From an uncultured Planctomycetota bacterium (GTDB lineage Bacteria > Planctomycetota > Planctomycetia > Isosphaerales > Isosphaeraceae), in NCBI GenBank assembly GCA_963845755.1, contig CAWJTV010000032.1, positions 50,159-114,158 of the forward strand: 64,000 nt of DNA, given 5' to 3'. Shown piece by piece: positions 10,808-23,562 of this stretch. Under the pieces are notes generated by a model, which saw only the letters and a list, made by a program, of their open reading frames with translations, did no database searches and was not told the origin of the DNA. Position 1 is the stretch's first letter. Every line of letters begins with the position of its first letter. Both the position numbers and the translations under genes were made by a program.

Positions 10808-13800
10808 AGGGAGCCGCGATCGAGGCGCTCAACACCTGGGGCCCGGCCTGGGCCGGCGCGATGCAACGCAGTCTCGTGGAGGCCACGATCGTGCTGGCGA
10901 TCGTCGGGGTTGTCTGGTGGCTGTTGCGCCGGCGGATGTCGAGCGCGCTGGCGCACGGGCTGTTCCTGCTGGTGCTGATCAAGGCCGCGGTGCCGCTCGT
11001 CTTGCCGGTGACGCCGACCGTGGTGCTCCCCTTGCCGGCTCCGCGGGTCATCGCGGTCAGACCTGACCGAACCGACGCCACGACCCGGCGTCGCCCGCGA
11101 CCCGGCGCCCCGGTCCGACCCCGTGCCGTCCTCGTCCCCGGTCCCGGCGCATCCGGCGCGGTCAATCGCGGTCCAATCGCCGGCGCCCCGCCGGCCCCCG
11201 CACCCAATCCGGCCGACCCTGCGCGACTTTCCGTCTCGGCGTGGCTGATGCTGGCCTGGGTAGCGATCGTCGCGGTCCTGCTGACGCGATTCCTCGGGAT
11301 CCACATCCGGATGGCCCGACGACTCCGCGACGCCCGGCTCGTCGATCCGGTCGACCCGGCGCAACTGGCCGGTCTCGTCGGTCTGAGGCGTCCGGTCCCG
11401 ATCGTGGAGACGCGCCTGGGTCTCCGCGCCGGCGGTCTGGGGATTGTGGCAACACCGCCTGCTGGTCCCCCCGGGCATGATCGAGACACTCCCAGGCGAA
11501 CAGCTCACCTGGGCACTCCTGCACGAGCTGGTGCACGTCCGCCGCGGGGATACGTGGGTCCTGCTGGTCCAGCGGCTTACGCAGATCGTCTTCTTCTTCC
11601 ACCCGGCCGTCTGGGTGGCCAACCGCGCGGCCGAGATCTTCCGCGAGTTCGCCTGCGACGATGCCTCGCTCGCCTTGACGGGCATCGCGCGGGCAGGATT
11701 GCGGCGCGGGGTTCCTCGCCATCGCCGAACGGGCCAGCCGCACCCGGTCGAGCCCCGCCCTGGCGCCCCTGGGCCTGTTCGGCTCATACACCCTGATCCG
11801 CAAGCGGCTCGAACGCATCCTCGACGACCATCGGACGATCTCCCCGCGCCTCTCGTGGACCGCAACCGTGCTGCTGATCCTGGCGGCCGTGGCCGTGATT
11901 CCTCGAGTCCGCGCTCAGGTTCCGAAACCGGCGGTCGACCCGGGAGGGCGAGGCTCTGTCCGAGCCCCCGAACCCAGGACCCGCCCGCTCGCCTTGACGG
12001 TCGTCGATCAGAGCACGGGTCGTCCACTTCCTGGTGTCCAGCTCGAGATCACGCTCAACGGCCGCCGTGAGCAAGGGGACGACCGACACGACCGGTCGGT
12101 ACGTCATCGACCGGCCCGAGGCCGAACCGCGTTCGGTGCTGATCACGGTCCGCACGAAGGGCTTCGTACCCACCCAGGTCACCTGGAACTATCGTCGCGG
12201 CATCCCGATCACGCCGCCTGCGACCTACACCCTGCGCCTGGAGCCGGGCACCACGATCGGCGGCCTGGTGCGCGACCCGGAGGGCCGGCCGATCGCCGGC
12301 GCGACGGTCTATGTGCTCATGCCCACTCAACCCTCACAACGACCGGAGCCGGAACCGCGTCCCGACATCTGGGATTATCCGAATCGGACAGATGCCCAGG
12401 GCCGCTGGCATTGCGACATCGTCCCCGCCGTGCTGGCGGACGTCTGGATTCGCCTGGAGCACCCCGATTACGCCAGCGACACCGGCTACGGCAGCACGCC
12501 CAAGCCGACCATGGACCAGCTCCGCCACGGCACCGGGGTGATGGTGATGAAGAAGGGGGTAGCCGTCTCGGGCGTCGTCCGCGACTCGGATGGGCGATCG
12601 CTGCCCGGCGCCAGCGTGGCTCAGGGCTCGGATCGCTGGGGAAGCCGTTACCCCGACACCACGACTGATGCCGACGGCCGATTCCGATTCGCCCAGGTCG
12701 CACCCGGCGACCTCGTGCTGACGGTCCAGGCCAAGGGCCATGCGCCCGATCTGAAGACGATCCAGGTTGTCCCGGATCTGCCCGCCATCGAATTCCGCCT
12801 CGGGCCGCCGCGATCATTGCGCGGACGAGTCCTCGACGGAGACGGTCAGCCGCTGGCCGAAACGCTCGTCGTGGCCGATACCTGGCGTGGGCATCGGTCG
12901 CTATCGCTTCGCACGCAAACCGGCGCCGACGGCCGCTTCCAGGTCGACGACCTGCCCGACGAGCCCGTGGAATTCCAGTTCGCCAAGGCGGGCTTCATGA
13001 ACCTGCCCAATCAGCGGTTGGCTCCTTCGGACAAGGAGGTTCTCATCACGTTGACGCTCCCTTTGCAAATCTCGGGCTCGGTCACCGACGCTTCGAGCGG
13101 CCAGGCGATCGACCGGTTCACCGTCTACGAGGGCCACGACCCGGCTTCCCCGTTGACGGCCCAGGATCGCAGCGCCCGCGCCATTTCCGGAATGGGCAGT
13201 ACGCCGTGAACTTCACCTGGCCCTATCCGCAGGTCCGCACGCTGCACATCGAGGCCGCGGGTTACCTGCCGGCCGCGTCGCGCGGGTTCCGGTTCAACGA
13301 GAAGACCCAGGTCTATGACTTCAAACTGAAGCGGGGGACCGTTCCGACGCGCAAGGCGATCTCCGGCGTGGTCCGGCTGCCCGACGGCTCGCCCGCCGCG
13401 GGCGCGGAGGTTGCCCTGGCGATGAAAACGGCCGCCCCTTACATCCAGGGTGGACGGTTCGCCGATCCCAAGAGATACCCGACGGTGATCGCTGGAGCCG
13501 ATGGCACGTTCCGTTTCCCGCCGCAGACGGAGCCGGCCTTCGTGCTGGCGATCGACGATCGGGGCATCGCCGAAGCAACCGAGGCGCAACTCGCCGAATC
13601 GCCCGCACACGCGATGACGCTGGTCCCTTGGGGCCGTGTTGAAGGGACCCTCCAAATCGGCGCGAAACTCGGGGGCATCGAGCGCGTTGCCTTATCGCCC
13701 AGCCACAAGGATGCTGTGGAAGACATCACGGTCTTTTTTGATTATCAGGCCGAGACCGACACCCGGGGCCGATTCGTTTTCGAGCGGGTCGTCCCGGGCC

Positions 13801-14327
13801 CGGTGTTTGTCAATCGCATGATTGAACTAACACCACGGAGGTTTGCACACGGCTCATCGGTGCGCGGATTAGCCAGGCCGGGGGAAACCTTGCTACTGGA
13901 TCTGGGGGGGACGGGACGGCCGATTATCGGCCGCGCGGTCAAACCGCCCCGCAACGAGATCCCGATCGATTGGTCGAACGGTCATTTCTTCCTCCGGATC
14001 CAGCCGCCACCGATCACCAAGCCCCCGAACATGACGAAGGAGCAGCGCGCGGCCTGGTACAAGACGTGGAGCACGACCGAGGAGGGGAAAGCCTATCTGG
14101 CCTATCAGGCTGATCCGAAAAGCTACGGCTTCAAGGTCGAGCGCGATGGCTCGTTCCGCATCGACGATGTCACCCCCGGCACGTATGACCTGACCATCCA
14201 GCTCTTCGACGGCCAGCGGCGCACGATCGCCACGGCCGAGCGGACCGTGGTCGTCCCGGCGATCCGCGGCGGCCGGAGCGACGAGCCGCTCGACCTCGGC
14301 GCGATCGAGCTGAAGGCGAGCCCATGA
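10804..14327 (+). CDS. BlaR1-like M56 metallopeptidase with C-terminal carboxypeptidase-regulatory-like repeats (several frameshifts)
   Basis: TM segments, HELVH zinc motif, FFHPAVW, REFACD; repeated G.V.D.DG.P..GA.V / TDADGRF units in ORFs 12034..13209 and 13206..14327. Confidence 0.85.
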
Positions 14328-15778
14328 TCACTGGCCCAGCGACGCGGTCCGTTCCTGCACCGAGTCGCCGTGGCCATCTTCGGCCCAATGTTCCGCCGGG
14401 ATTCCGTCCACATCGACGGACCGCAACACCACCCGCTCACCCTCCTCCAGGCCGTCGATGACCTCCACGAGGTCCTCCGTCATGTGGCCGGTCGTGATCG
14501 CGCGCCGTTCCAGGCCACGGGGACCGACGACGTAGCAGATCCGCTGGCGGTCCACGACGGCCATGGCCCCGTTGGGGATGACCAGCGCGTCCGGGACCCG
14601 GCCCGTGTCGAACTCCACCATCGCCGACATGTACGGCAGGGCGCTGGAAGGCGTCTTGTCCAGCCGCACGACCGCGACGAAGTGCTTGACATCGTCGTCC
14701 CACACCTTCCAGTTCTGGGTCGGGAAATAGGCGATCGAGACGACCCGGGCGGGGAACACGCGGCGACCCATCGACGCGATGCAAACATCGGCCTTCATCC
14801 CGACGCGGACCTGGGTGCCCACCGTCTCATGGAGCGAGACCTCGACCTCGGCCTGGGTGAGGTCGGGTAACATGAAGATTTCCTCACCTTGATAGACCTC
14901 GCTGCCCGGCTGGAGCGGGGCGCCCACCATCGGTTGTTGTTCGCATGGACGACGACGCCGGCTTGCGGGGCCCGGATGATACAATTCGCGATCTGCTTCC
15001 GGAGATGGGCGAGACGGTCCTCTTCGGCCTTGAGCCGTTTGGCTTCAAGATGATCGTTGTTTGCCGCGATCTCGATCTCAACTTGCAGGGCTCGGACCTC
15101 CTTCGGCACCTGGTACCGCCGGAAGCCGTCGTATTCCCGCTCCATATTGCCGAGGATGTGCTCGGCCTGCGCGAACGCCTGCTTATCGGTGAGGAGTTGG
15201 CCTCGGGACAGATAACCCTTGGCCACCATGCCTTCGGTCCAGGCCATTCGGTCGGTCTGGTGTTGCAGGTCGGCTCGTCCCATGGCGATCCGGCCCTCGA
15301 ACTCCTTGGTGAACTGGTCGACTTTCCCTTCCTGGTACTCGCGCAGGGTGAGCTGGGCGGTCTCGAGGATCAACCGGGCCTGATCCTTCAACGCCCGCTC
15401 CTGGTTCACCAGGATCTCCTGGTAACGGGCCAGTTCCTCATACGCCGAGGAATCCAGCCGGCAGAGCTCGTCCCCCTTCTTCACGAGCGTGCCGTTGGGG
15501 ACGATGCTCAGGATGATCGTTCCGTTGGTGTCATCGAGGTCCTCGACCTGACAGGCGACCGTCGCCTGCTTGACTGCCCGCAGGTCTCCGCCGGCCACGA
15601 GCTTGGTGCCCAGGTCAACCCGACGAACCATGACCCACTCGACATCGTCGATCGGAGAAGGCCGCTCCCCCCACCACGCGTGCCCGGTCGCCGACCAGGC
15701 CCCCGCGATCAGCGCCAAGGCCAACGAGGACCCGAGCCAGGCCGATCTCCGCGACACCTTATTGTTCCGGATCGCCAT
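14328..15778 (-). CDS. RND efflux periplasmic adaptor (HlyD-like), frameshift near 14920
   Basis: N-terminal TM, VKKGDELCRLD, coiled coil, IRAPQAGVVVH, C-terminal ALVIPNGA...VEVIDGLEEGERV. Confidence 0.85.
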
Positions 15779-15985
15779 GCGCCGTCCCGTCTGATCTCGA
15801 AACCGGACCCGTCGAAACACGAGGACTCTGATTTTCAATGACAATTGTAAGACGTTCTCTTGCGGTTGTCAAGCGGTCTGTCGCGGTCATCGCTGGGATG
15901 CGATCTGCCGCTCTCGGCAGAGGCGGGGGCTTGAAGTATTCTCTTGATAGCAGACTCGGCGTGACGATCCAGGAAAGGTATTGGC

Positions 15986-16255
15986 ATGACCAAAGTGCAA
16001 GTTTCGCTGCCGGAGCCGTTGAAGCAATTCATCGATCGGCTGGTGGCCGACGGGACGTTCAAGGACCCGAGCGAATACTTTCAAACGCTGGTCGATCACG
16101 ACCGCAAGGCTCGCGAGAAGGCGCGCGTCGCGGCGCTGCTGATCGCGGGCCTGGACTCCGGACCATCGACCCCGATGACGCCCGAGGACTGGGACGACGT
16201 TGCATGCGGCCCGCGACACACCGGAGGTCCTGGAAGCCGAAGACTGAAGCCATAA
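15986..16255 (+). CDS. ParD-like ribbon-helix-helix antitoxin (no toxin downstream)
   Basis: MTKVQVSLPEPLKQFIDRLVADGTFKDPSEYFQTLV...LLIAGLDSGP..MT.EDW. Confidence 0.75.
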   Translation: MTKVQVSLPEPLKQFIDRLVADGTFKDPSEYFQTLVDHDRKAREKARVAALLIAGLDSGPSTPMTPEDWDDVACGPRHTGGPGSRRLKP

Positions 16256-16286
16256 CTGACCGCCTCGACCACCACTCGCATCAACC

Positions 16287-17705
16287 TCAGCGTGGCGGTG
16301 TTCCGCGAGCCGTGCTGGACTTCCCGGCCGCGGTCTCTTCCGCGACGGCCACCGGGCGATGGCGGGGGATCTCCGCCTGGAAGTCGCCGAGGCTAACCCA
16401 GTGCGTTCGGCGGTTCAGGTCAACGTCGGCGATCGCCACGGTGCCCCACTCCCGGGCCAGGGCGATCGTTTCGCCGGTGTGGTCGAAAACCGCCGACATC
16501 ATCCAGTTCCGGGAGATGTCCTCGTAGGTGCTACTGGCGAGGTAGACGTGGTTCTCGCAAGCCCGGGCGCGGGCCAGCAGCGGGTTGCAGCCCCACACGG
16601 GCCAGGCGATGACCTCGGCGCCGCGGTTTGTCAGCTCACGGGCCACTTCCGGGAAGAAGCCGTCGTAGCAGACCATCAGGCCCACCGTGCCGAAGCGGGT
16701 GGGGAAGACGGGATAATCCGAGCCCGGCGTCACGCCCCCGTCGACCTCGCCGCGCGGCAGGCAGACCTTGCGATACTTGCCGATCAGCTTGCCGTCGGGG
16801 CCGATCAGCACCGCGACGTTGTAGACCAGGTGGCCGTCCCGCTCGAGCAGACCCGGCACCAGGTACAGGTTGTGCTGACGCGCCAGTCGACCGAAATACT
16901 CGGTGGACGGACCGGGGATCGATTCGGCCACGTCCTGGTACGATTTACCGAGGCCGACGTAGGTGAGCGTCTCGCCGAGCACGACCAGGTCGGCCTTCTG
17001 CCGCGCCGCCTCGGCGATGAGCGGCTCGTACATCCGGCAGTTGTCGGCCGGGGTCCGGCCGCCGCTGGGCTTGAAATGGACGGTGGCCAACCGCACCATG
17101 CGCGGCGGAAGTGGACTGGTCTCGGTCAACGAGACGCCACTCCAGCGCACCGCGCTGTCCGGCGCCCACCGCAGATGCAGCTCCACAGTCGCCCGCGACG
17201 CCCGCGCGGGGGCCTGATACGTGTCCGACACCTCGGTCCAGCCCTGACGGTCGGTCCTCCGCGTCGTGGGGAACTCGGTCTCGGCCATCGCCGTCGCGCC
17301 GCGGAGATAGTTCATCTCCGGTTGTTGATCCAGGGGAACCGACCGGCCCTGCCCATCTTTCCAGTGGATCTCGGCCACGATGCTCCGCCGCGGCACGGCC
17401 ACGCCCTCGGCCTGGTAATCGGCCCGGAACTGATAGGACTTGCCTCCGGTGATGGGGAAGTCCTTCCGCCAGAAACCATCGAGCCCATCGCGATGATCGG
17501 CCTTGATGAGGAGGCACCCCCGACCATCGACCCCGCCGTGCGGCTGATGCGCGAACTCGGGCCGGATCTCGTCGCGAGTGGCGTCGGTTAACCAGCCATC
17601 AGGGGCCTGGCCAAACACCCGTCTGCTCCCGCCGGTCAGGTACGCCCCGGTCAGGGCCATGATCCAGAAAAACACCGTGAGTTCGCGCCGTCGGTTCATG
17701 TTCAT
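16287..17705 (-). CDS. Exported carbon-nitrogen hydrolase (nitrilase superfamily) with N-terminal beta-sandwich domain
   Basis: Signal-like N-terminus; catalytic E-K-C triad in LVVLGET, KYRKVCL and [10 protein letters not shown]. Confidence 0.85.
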   Translation of the reverse strand: MNMNRRRELTVFFWIMALTGAYLTGGSRRVFGQAPDGWLTDATRDEIRPEFAHQPHGGVDGRGCLLIKADHRDGLDGFWRKDFPITGGKSYQFRADYQAEGVAVPRRSIVAEIHWKDGQGRSVPLDQQPEMNYLRGATAMAETEFPTTRRTDRQGWTEVSDTYQAPARASRATVELHLRWAPDSAVRWSGVSLTETSPLPPRMVRLATVHFKPSGGRTPADNCRMYEPLIAEAARQKADLVVLGETLTYVGLGKSYQDVAESIPGPSTEYFGRLARQHNLYLVPGLLERDGHLVYNVAVLIGPDGKLIGKYRKVCLPRGEVDGGVTPGSDYPVFPTRFGTVGLMVCYDGFFPEVARELTNRGAEVIAWPVWGCNPLLARARACENHVYLASSTYEDISRNWMMSAVFDHTGETIALAREWGTVAIADVDLNRRTHWVSLGDFQAEIPRHRPVAVAEETAAGKSSTARGTPPR

Positions 17706-17954
17706 CCCCCTGTCGGCATCACCCGGTTGGTCAAGAGATCCGATCGCACCAGGATACTCGTACCGGAGTTGTCCGGGAACCCCCGGCCCGCGGATCGACG
17801 GGCCGTATCGCTCCAGCCGATCACGTCCTCTCGGCAGGGCCGCGGCTTTGTGCTATGTTCCATCATCAGGCCGAATCGTGGATTTCGGAGCCGGCCGTTG
17901 TGGGGGAGTCTTGCCGCCCACGAGTCGACGTGCCGACCATTGAGGATCGCCACG

Positions 17955-18743
17955 GTGCCATCACCCTTTCCCGGCATGAACCCGTACCTCGAGCGGGATG
18001 CGATCTGGCAGGATTTCCACCTGGCATTCCTGCCGGAGATCCGCGAGCGTCTGGTCGCGCAGGTCCGGCCGAACTACATCGTCATGATCGACGAGCATGT
18101 CCATGTCCACGAGCTGCCCGACGCACCGCGGCAGTTGGTCGGCCGCGGCGATATCTCGGTTGCGGAGCGCGGGTGGCCCCGTGCGGGAGGTGAAGAAGGC
18201 GGCGATGTGGCGGTCGAAGTCCTCGAACTGGAAGCCCCTAGCGAGGTCCTCCTCGTCGCCGAGGAAATCCAACACGTGCCGTTCCTGGAAGTCCGGGATC
18301 GCCAGAGCCGCAAGCTGATCACGGTCATCGAGCTGCTCAGCCCGTCCAACAAGCGCGGCGGACGGGATCGTGAGCAGTACGTGGCCAAGCGCGGCCACGT
18401 TCTCGCCGGCGAAGCCCACTTCGTGGAGATCGATCTGCTTCGAGGCGGCCGGCCGATGCCCCTGGAAAACCGTCCCGACTGCGACTACTCCGTCCTGGTC
18501 AGCCGGGCTGAGATCCGCCTCAGGGCCGGCTTCTGGCCGATCGGGCTTCGCGAGCGACTGCCGGTCATCCCGATCCCGCTGCGCCAACCGGGGGAACGAG
18601 CCCGGATCGACCTCCAGGAGATCCTCGATCACGTCTACGACGTGTCCGGCTACGCGGATTTCCTCTACGAGGGTCAGCCCGAGCCGCGACTCGCGCCTAA
18701 AGATGCCGCCTGGGCGCAGCCGTTCGTGCCGGCGAATTCGTGA
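17955..18743 (+). CDS. DUF4058 family protein
   Basis: (V)PSPFPGMNPYLE...W.DFH...VIELLSPSNK...VEIDLLRGG. Confidence 0.9.
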   Translation: MPSPFPGMNPYLERDAIWQDFHLAFLPEIRERLVAQVRPNYIVMIDEHVHVHELPDAPRQLVGRGDISVAERGWPRAGGEEGGDVAVEVLELEAPSEVLLVAEEIQHVPFLEVRDRQSRKLITVIELLSPSNKRGGRDREQYVAKRGHVLAGEAHFVEIDLLRGGRPMPLENRPDCDYSVLVSRAEIRLRAGFWPIGLRERLPVIPIPLRQPGERARIDLQEILDHVYDVSGYADFLYEGQPEPRLAPKDAAWAQPFVPANS

Positions 18744-18798
18744 ACAGAACGCCGATGTCTCACCGCCTCGATGATGGCACCCGAGATTCCTTCAACAA

Positions 18799-20497
18799 CT
18801 AACTGCCTGGCTTGATCGGCAGCTTGATCTCGCCCACGTGCTTGACCTGCCCGGCCGTGACTTCGACCGTCATACCGCTTCCCAATCCCGGCGTGGCATA
18901 TCCTGCTCTTTCCTGCCAGATGACGAGCTTCTGGGGCCCAGGCGGCACTCCTTCGATTTCGAAGGAGCCATCAGCGGCCGTCGTGGTGAAGAACGGGTGA
19001 TCGAAGACCATCACATAGCTCTTCATCCAGGGATGTATGTCGCAGGCCATCTTGATCGGGTGCCGTTCGGCGGCCAGCTTCAGCGCAAGCTTGCCCTGCG
19101 GTGTGAGCGTCCGATTCGTACTTTCGTTGGTGAATGCCGAGACCCGAACATTGTGGTTGATCGCATCGCTCGACTTGATGACCAGGGTTTGGTCTTGATG
19201 CATTGGCAAGACATAAGGCTGGAATTCACAGTTCAACTGGTCGAGCTCGGTCGTCGGATGCTGGGCGATCAGGTTCTTGACTGCCTGGGGGTTGTTCCCC
19301 TTCGGTCGAAGAAGATAGGCGATTCCATACGAAACGCCTTTCGTCTTGGGATCGACGACCAGCTCGCGAGACAGGATGGCGCTGTTCTTTGCGCAGACAT
19401 TCGGATCCTTCGACGCTTTTCCTGCGGCTTCGAGTACGAGGGGCGGTGGCAAGTCGTCGCCGCCCCAGACGAGCCGGCCCTTGATCGTTCCGAAGGGGTT
19501 CTCATCGGCCGGCCGGTGATCGGCTGGTGGATGGGGAAGGGTGTTGGAGGTGACCGCGGGGATTCGTCCGATATCCTGATCGCTTGCTGGGTTTCGCGTG
19601 CCGATCCAGAGGCCGCCCTCAACCGCGACTCCGGCAGCCGCGAAAACCAGCAGGACCGCGGCGGCGACCTTCAGCTTGACCGCGACCGCCGCGCGCAAGA
19701 CCGCGTTCACCAGAGAAAGAGCTGATGCCGAGACCGCCCCGGCCTGCGACGCACTGCCCATCGCGAGCCGCGTCGCGGCCCGGACGGTCGCCGCGGTGAG
19801 CGGATCGGGGACGGCCGCCCGGGCTGCCTCGGTGGCCAGCAGCGCGACCATCGAGCCGGCCGTCGGAGCCAGGCCGCGGCGGACCAATCGGTCCTTCAAC
19901 AGATCGCGACCCCGCGAGAGCCGCCCGCTGACCGTGCCGACCGGCCAGCGCAGCCGGTCCGCCGCCTCGGCGTGAGTCAGGCCCTCGAGATGACAGAGGA
20001 CGACCGGAGCCCGGTACTTCTCGGGCAGCCGGCTCACTTCCTCGTCGAGCGCCGCCAGCAATCCCGATCCGATCGGCCGATGTCTCCGGGGCGATGGGTT
20101 CGACGGCGAGCGGGACAGAACGAGCTCGAGACCCCTCGGAGCGTGCCCGGGCCTTGGCCGCGACTCGCCGGGCCACACCATAGAGCCAACGGCCCAGCGA
20201 GTCACCCACCCGGACCGATCCCGCCCGGCGCACCAGCACGAGGAACGTGGCCTGAAAGGCGTCCTCGACGTCGTTCGGGTCGGCCAGGGCCCGCCGGCAG
20301 ACGCCCAGGACCATCGGCCCATGCCGCGCCACCAGGGCCGCGAACGCCGCCTCGGCGGCGAGCGCCGCGTCCTCCGCCGCGGCGCTCTGAGCCGTGAATC
20401 GCTCCAAGAGCTCCGCGTCAGACAACCCCGCGACCACCCCCACGCCAAACAGCGTGCGGACCTGATGCGGGAGACTGGACGATCGCGCGTTCGCCAT
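18799..20497 (-). CDS. ECF sigma-70 factor with TM segment and C-terminal extracytoplasmic beta domain; frameshift near 20060
   Basis: SDAELLERF...LVARHGPMVLGVCRR...EDAFQATFLVL; LPEKYRAPVVLCHLEG...GTVSGRLSRGR; C-terminal CDIHPWMKSY...GSFEIEGVP. Confidence 0.85.
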
Positions 20498-20666
20498 GAC
20501 GGATCTCCGGGAAGAGCCCAATGATACTCTATCCCTACCATCCCGGCTGGCGGCGATCTCATACAAGTTTCTGCCGACTCGGGGCGGAATGTGCCCGAAG
20601 TCATGGCGCCGGCAAGAGAAAAGGCCGTGACCTCCCAGCGAACGGAAGGCGTCACATCGCCCGGCA

Positions 20667-22532
20667 TCATCGCCAGTCCGGCATATCGGTCGTTCCCCCC
20701 TCGGGGATGTGGATCTCCGAGCCGTGGCCGCCGTCGAGATCCATCACGACGACCTGGACCGGCTTCGGATTGATCCGCGCACTCGAATTCGTCGGGGCCA
20801 GAATGATCGCGATCCCCTTCCCATCGGGAGACCAGCAAGCCGAGGGAATCGTCTTGAAGTCGAGCGGTAGGACCAGCCGTCCATTCTTGCCGTCGATATC
20901 GACAACCCAGATGCCGGATTGCTTCCCGCGGACCCCGTCGGTATAGAGCACGCGGCGCCCGTCGGGCGAGAACCGGGCGTAAAACGGATTCCCCTCCTCA
21001 GTGATCCGGCGCTGGTCCGTCCCGTCGGGTCGCATGACGTAGAGCTGCCAGCCGATCTTGGCGCCGCGATGCGAGGTGGTCAAGAGCCATCGGCCGTCGG
21101 AGGACCAATCCTGGACGCCGTCTTCGGGAGGGACCGGCAATTCCTCCCGGCCCGTGCCGTCGATGTTGAACCGCAGAGTCTTGTGGATCCAGCGAGGCTC
21201 CTCGCGATGGCCGAGACTGATAATGACCTGCTTCCCATCCGGCGACCAGACCGGGGGCGAGCCTGAGCTTGGGCCGCCCAGCCCGACGATCCTCCTGGGC
21301 TCGGCGTTCGGATCCAGCCCGCGGACCCAGAGTGCAGCTTTCGGTTCAAACGCCACCACCTTCCTCCCGGTGATCCCGGACAACGAGTGGTTCAGTGCGT
21401 CCCCGAGTGCGTCTTCTCGTTCAAACGCCACCGATTGGCCGTCCGGAGAGACCCGCGGCCTCATCGAACAACCGGCGAAGACGTCCGCCCTCGCCCCGGT
21501 GTTCGGGTCGAGGGCCATCAGCCAGCGAATGCTACCGCCAGTGCCGCGCGGATCCACACGGTCTACCGTGATGTAGATCTTGCCAGACCGCTCTCGTTTC
21601 GCGACCGGCGCGACCTGACCTTTCACCGGCGTGGCGGGAGTCGTTTGTCTCTCTCCCGGCATGCCCGCCGTGGCCCGCCACATCAGGCTACCAGCACTCG
21701 CGGCCGCGACCGCGATCATCGAGAGCGCCAGAACGATGAGTTTGAGTTTGTGCAGGAACATGACTTTCAAGACCTCCCTGGCCAGGACCGTGACGTGGGC
21801 CGAGTCCGCCCCGGCCCAGATCGTCGCGAGATTCGCGGTTGCTTTCATCAAGGCCGCCGGCACCGGTAGGTCGGGCGTGAGCGCAGCCCCGAGCACCAAC
21901 GCGGACGAGGGGGCCAAGCCCCGTCGGATCAGCCGGGTCCGCAGCCGCTGGCGTCCCCGTGCCTGCCGGCTCTTGACCGTGCCGACCGGCAAGCCCAGAT
22001 GTCGCGCGGCCTGCTCGTGAGTGCAACCCTCCAGGTCGCAAAGGACCAGCGGGGCCCGGTAATGCTCCGGCAACCGGTTGATCTCTTCGTGGACCACCGC
22101 CTCCAGGTCCCCCCAATCCTCGTCCTGATAGACGGCCAGCCTCCCCGCGGCCAGCCTGGCGTGGCGACGCTCGTGCCGACGCCGACGGATCGCCGCCGCG
22201 CGTGCACACGAGGCGACCCGGTAGGCGACGGAGTGAATCCAGGGACCGATCGAATCGCGCACCCAGAGCGATTGGGCTCTTCGTGCCAGGACAAGGAACG
22301 TGGCCTGGAAGGCGTCCTGCGCCTCGTGCTCGTCTCGCAGGACCGACCGGCACAGACGCATCACAACCGGCCCGTGCCGCTCGACGAGCGCGGCGAAGGC
22401 GTGCTCGGACGCCTCTCCGCGACGGGTCGCGAACCGTTCAAGCAACTGCCCGTCCGTCGCCGCGCCGGTCACGCCCTCGTTGAAGAGCGTGGAAAGCTGA
22501 CGCATAGAGGTGCCGTCGCGTAGGATCTTCAC
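20667..22532 (-). CDS. ECF sigma-70 factor fused to a TolB/PD40-type beta-propeller
   Basis: TDGQLLERF...DAFQATFLVL...GTVKSRQARGR, TM segment, repeated WSPDG/FSPDG. Confidence 0.88.
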   Translation of the reverse strand: MKILRDGTSMRQLSTLFNEGVTGAATDGQLLERFATRRGEASEHAFAALVERHGPVVMRLCRSVLRDEHEAQDAFQATFLVLARRAQSLWVRDSIGPWIHSVAYRVASCARAAAIRRRRHERRHARLAAGRLAVYQDEDWGDLEAVVHEEINRLPEHYRAPLVLCDLEGCTHEQAARHLGLPVGTVKSRQARGRQRLRTRLIRRGLAPSSALVLGAALTPDLPVPAALMKATANLATIWAGADSAHVTVLAREVLKVMFLHKLKLIVLALSMIAVAAASAGSLMWRATAGMPGERQTTPATPVKGQVAPVAKRERSGKIYITVDRVDPRGTGGSIRWLMALDPNTGARADVFAGCSMRPRVSPDGQSVAFEREDALGDALNHSLSGITGRKVVAFEPKAALWVRGLDPNAEPRRIVGLGGPSSGSPPVWSPDGKQVIISLGHREEPRWIHKTLRFNIDGTGREELPVPPEDGVQDWSSDGRWLLTTSHRGAKIGWQLYVMRPDGTDQRRITEEGNPFYARFSPDGRRVLYTDGVRGKQSGIWVVDIDGKNGRLVLPLDFKTIPSACWSPDGKGIAIILAPTNSSARINPKPVQVVVMDLDGGHGSEIHIPEGGTTDMPDWR

Positions 22533-23112
22533 GAGCCGTGCCTCCGGATATAGCCTTTCCGCCTCGTCTTCTGGTGTAAATGTAACGGGGAACGGCCGTG
22601 GTTCCACGATTCTGGCGTTTTTCGGCTATCGGTCGGCTTCCATGACCCATCCGCACACTGGCTCTCCAGCCAGTTCTGATCCGTGTGCCCGGATGATGTC
22701 CTGGTCTACGAACGGAGAGGCGGCAAAGGCGAGACGTTGATCACCACGACCCGAAAGGACTTTCCGGTGATCGGGAATCCATCTGTTCCAGAAGCATCGA
22801 CTCAAGGGAGCAGCTTGATATGACTTCGGCGTAAGTGCTGACGCGCAGTCTTGCCCGACCTCGAGCCGCAGAGGATCAGCTTGTGGCCGTCGCGGTGCTG
22901 TGCTTCGAGTCGTTCGACGCGCACGGAAAGGCTCGGACGGCCGGGCGTTCAGGCTCGATTCGAGGCGCATCTTCCCCATGCCGACTCGCGAGTGCCAGAA
23001 GACGGCTCTCGACGTTACGCCTTTCGATGAAAACGGTATGATAACAAGAGGACTCGCGGTTTGCCGATCGCGGCCTCCCACTCCTATCGCATCGCTTCGA
23101 GGAGCGGAAACC

Positions 23113-23562
23113 ATGGCCAAGAAAGCGAAGAAGCCGCCCGAAGTTTGGTTGGGCTTCAAATATCATTCGCCGAATATTCCCATGTCGGCGATTCGTCGCT
23201 ATGCGCGCCAGATCGCCGAGACGTTCCAGCCGGACAAGATCATTCTGTTCGGCTCGTATGCTTATGGCCAGCCGCATGAATGGAGTGATGTGGACATCCT
23301 CGTGGTGATGCCTGCGTACAATCAGATCAGCAAGGCTCTTCGGATCATCAATACACTTGAGGCGCCCTTCGCGTTGGAACTGATTGTGCGAACTCCCAAG
23401 CGACTCCGACGTGATTGGGAGGATGGGGACTGGTTCCTGCGTGAGATTCTGGCTAAGGGAAAAGTCCTTTATGAAAAGGCTGACGGCGAAGTGGGTACGA
23501 AAGGCGGAGGACGACCTGATCGGCGCAAGAAGACTGGAGCAGGACAAGCCCCCACTTCATGA
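23113..23562 (+). CDS. Minimal nucleotidyltransferase (MNT) antitoxin
   Basis: KIILFGSYAYGQPHEWSDVDILVV. Confidence 0.85.
   Translation: MAKKAKKPPEVWLGFKYHSPNIPMSAIRRYARQIAETFQPDKIILFGSYAYGQPHEWSDVDILVVMPAYNQISKALRIINTLEAPFALELIVRTPKRLRRDWEDGDWFLREILAKGKVLYEKADGEVGTKGGGRPDRRKKTGAGQAPTS

Noticed and set aside
22620..23100. ORFs or an element in the intergenic region before the MNT-HEPN pair
   Set aside because: No recognisable domain, terminal repeats or convincing promoter spacing.
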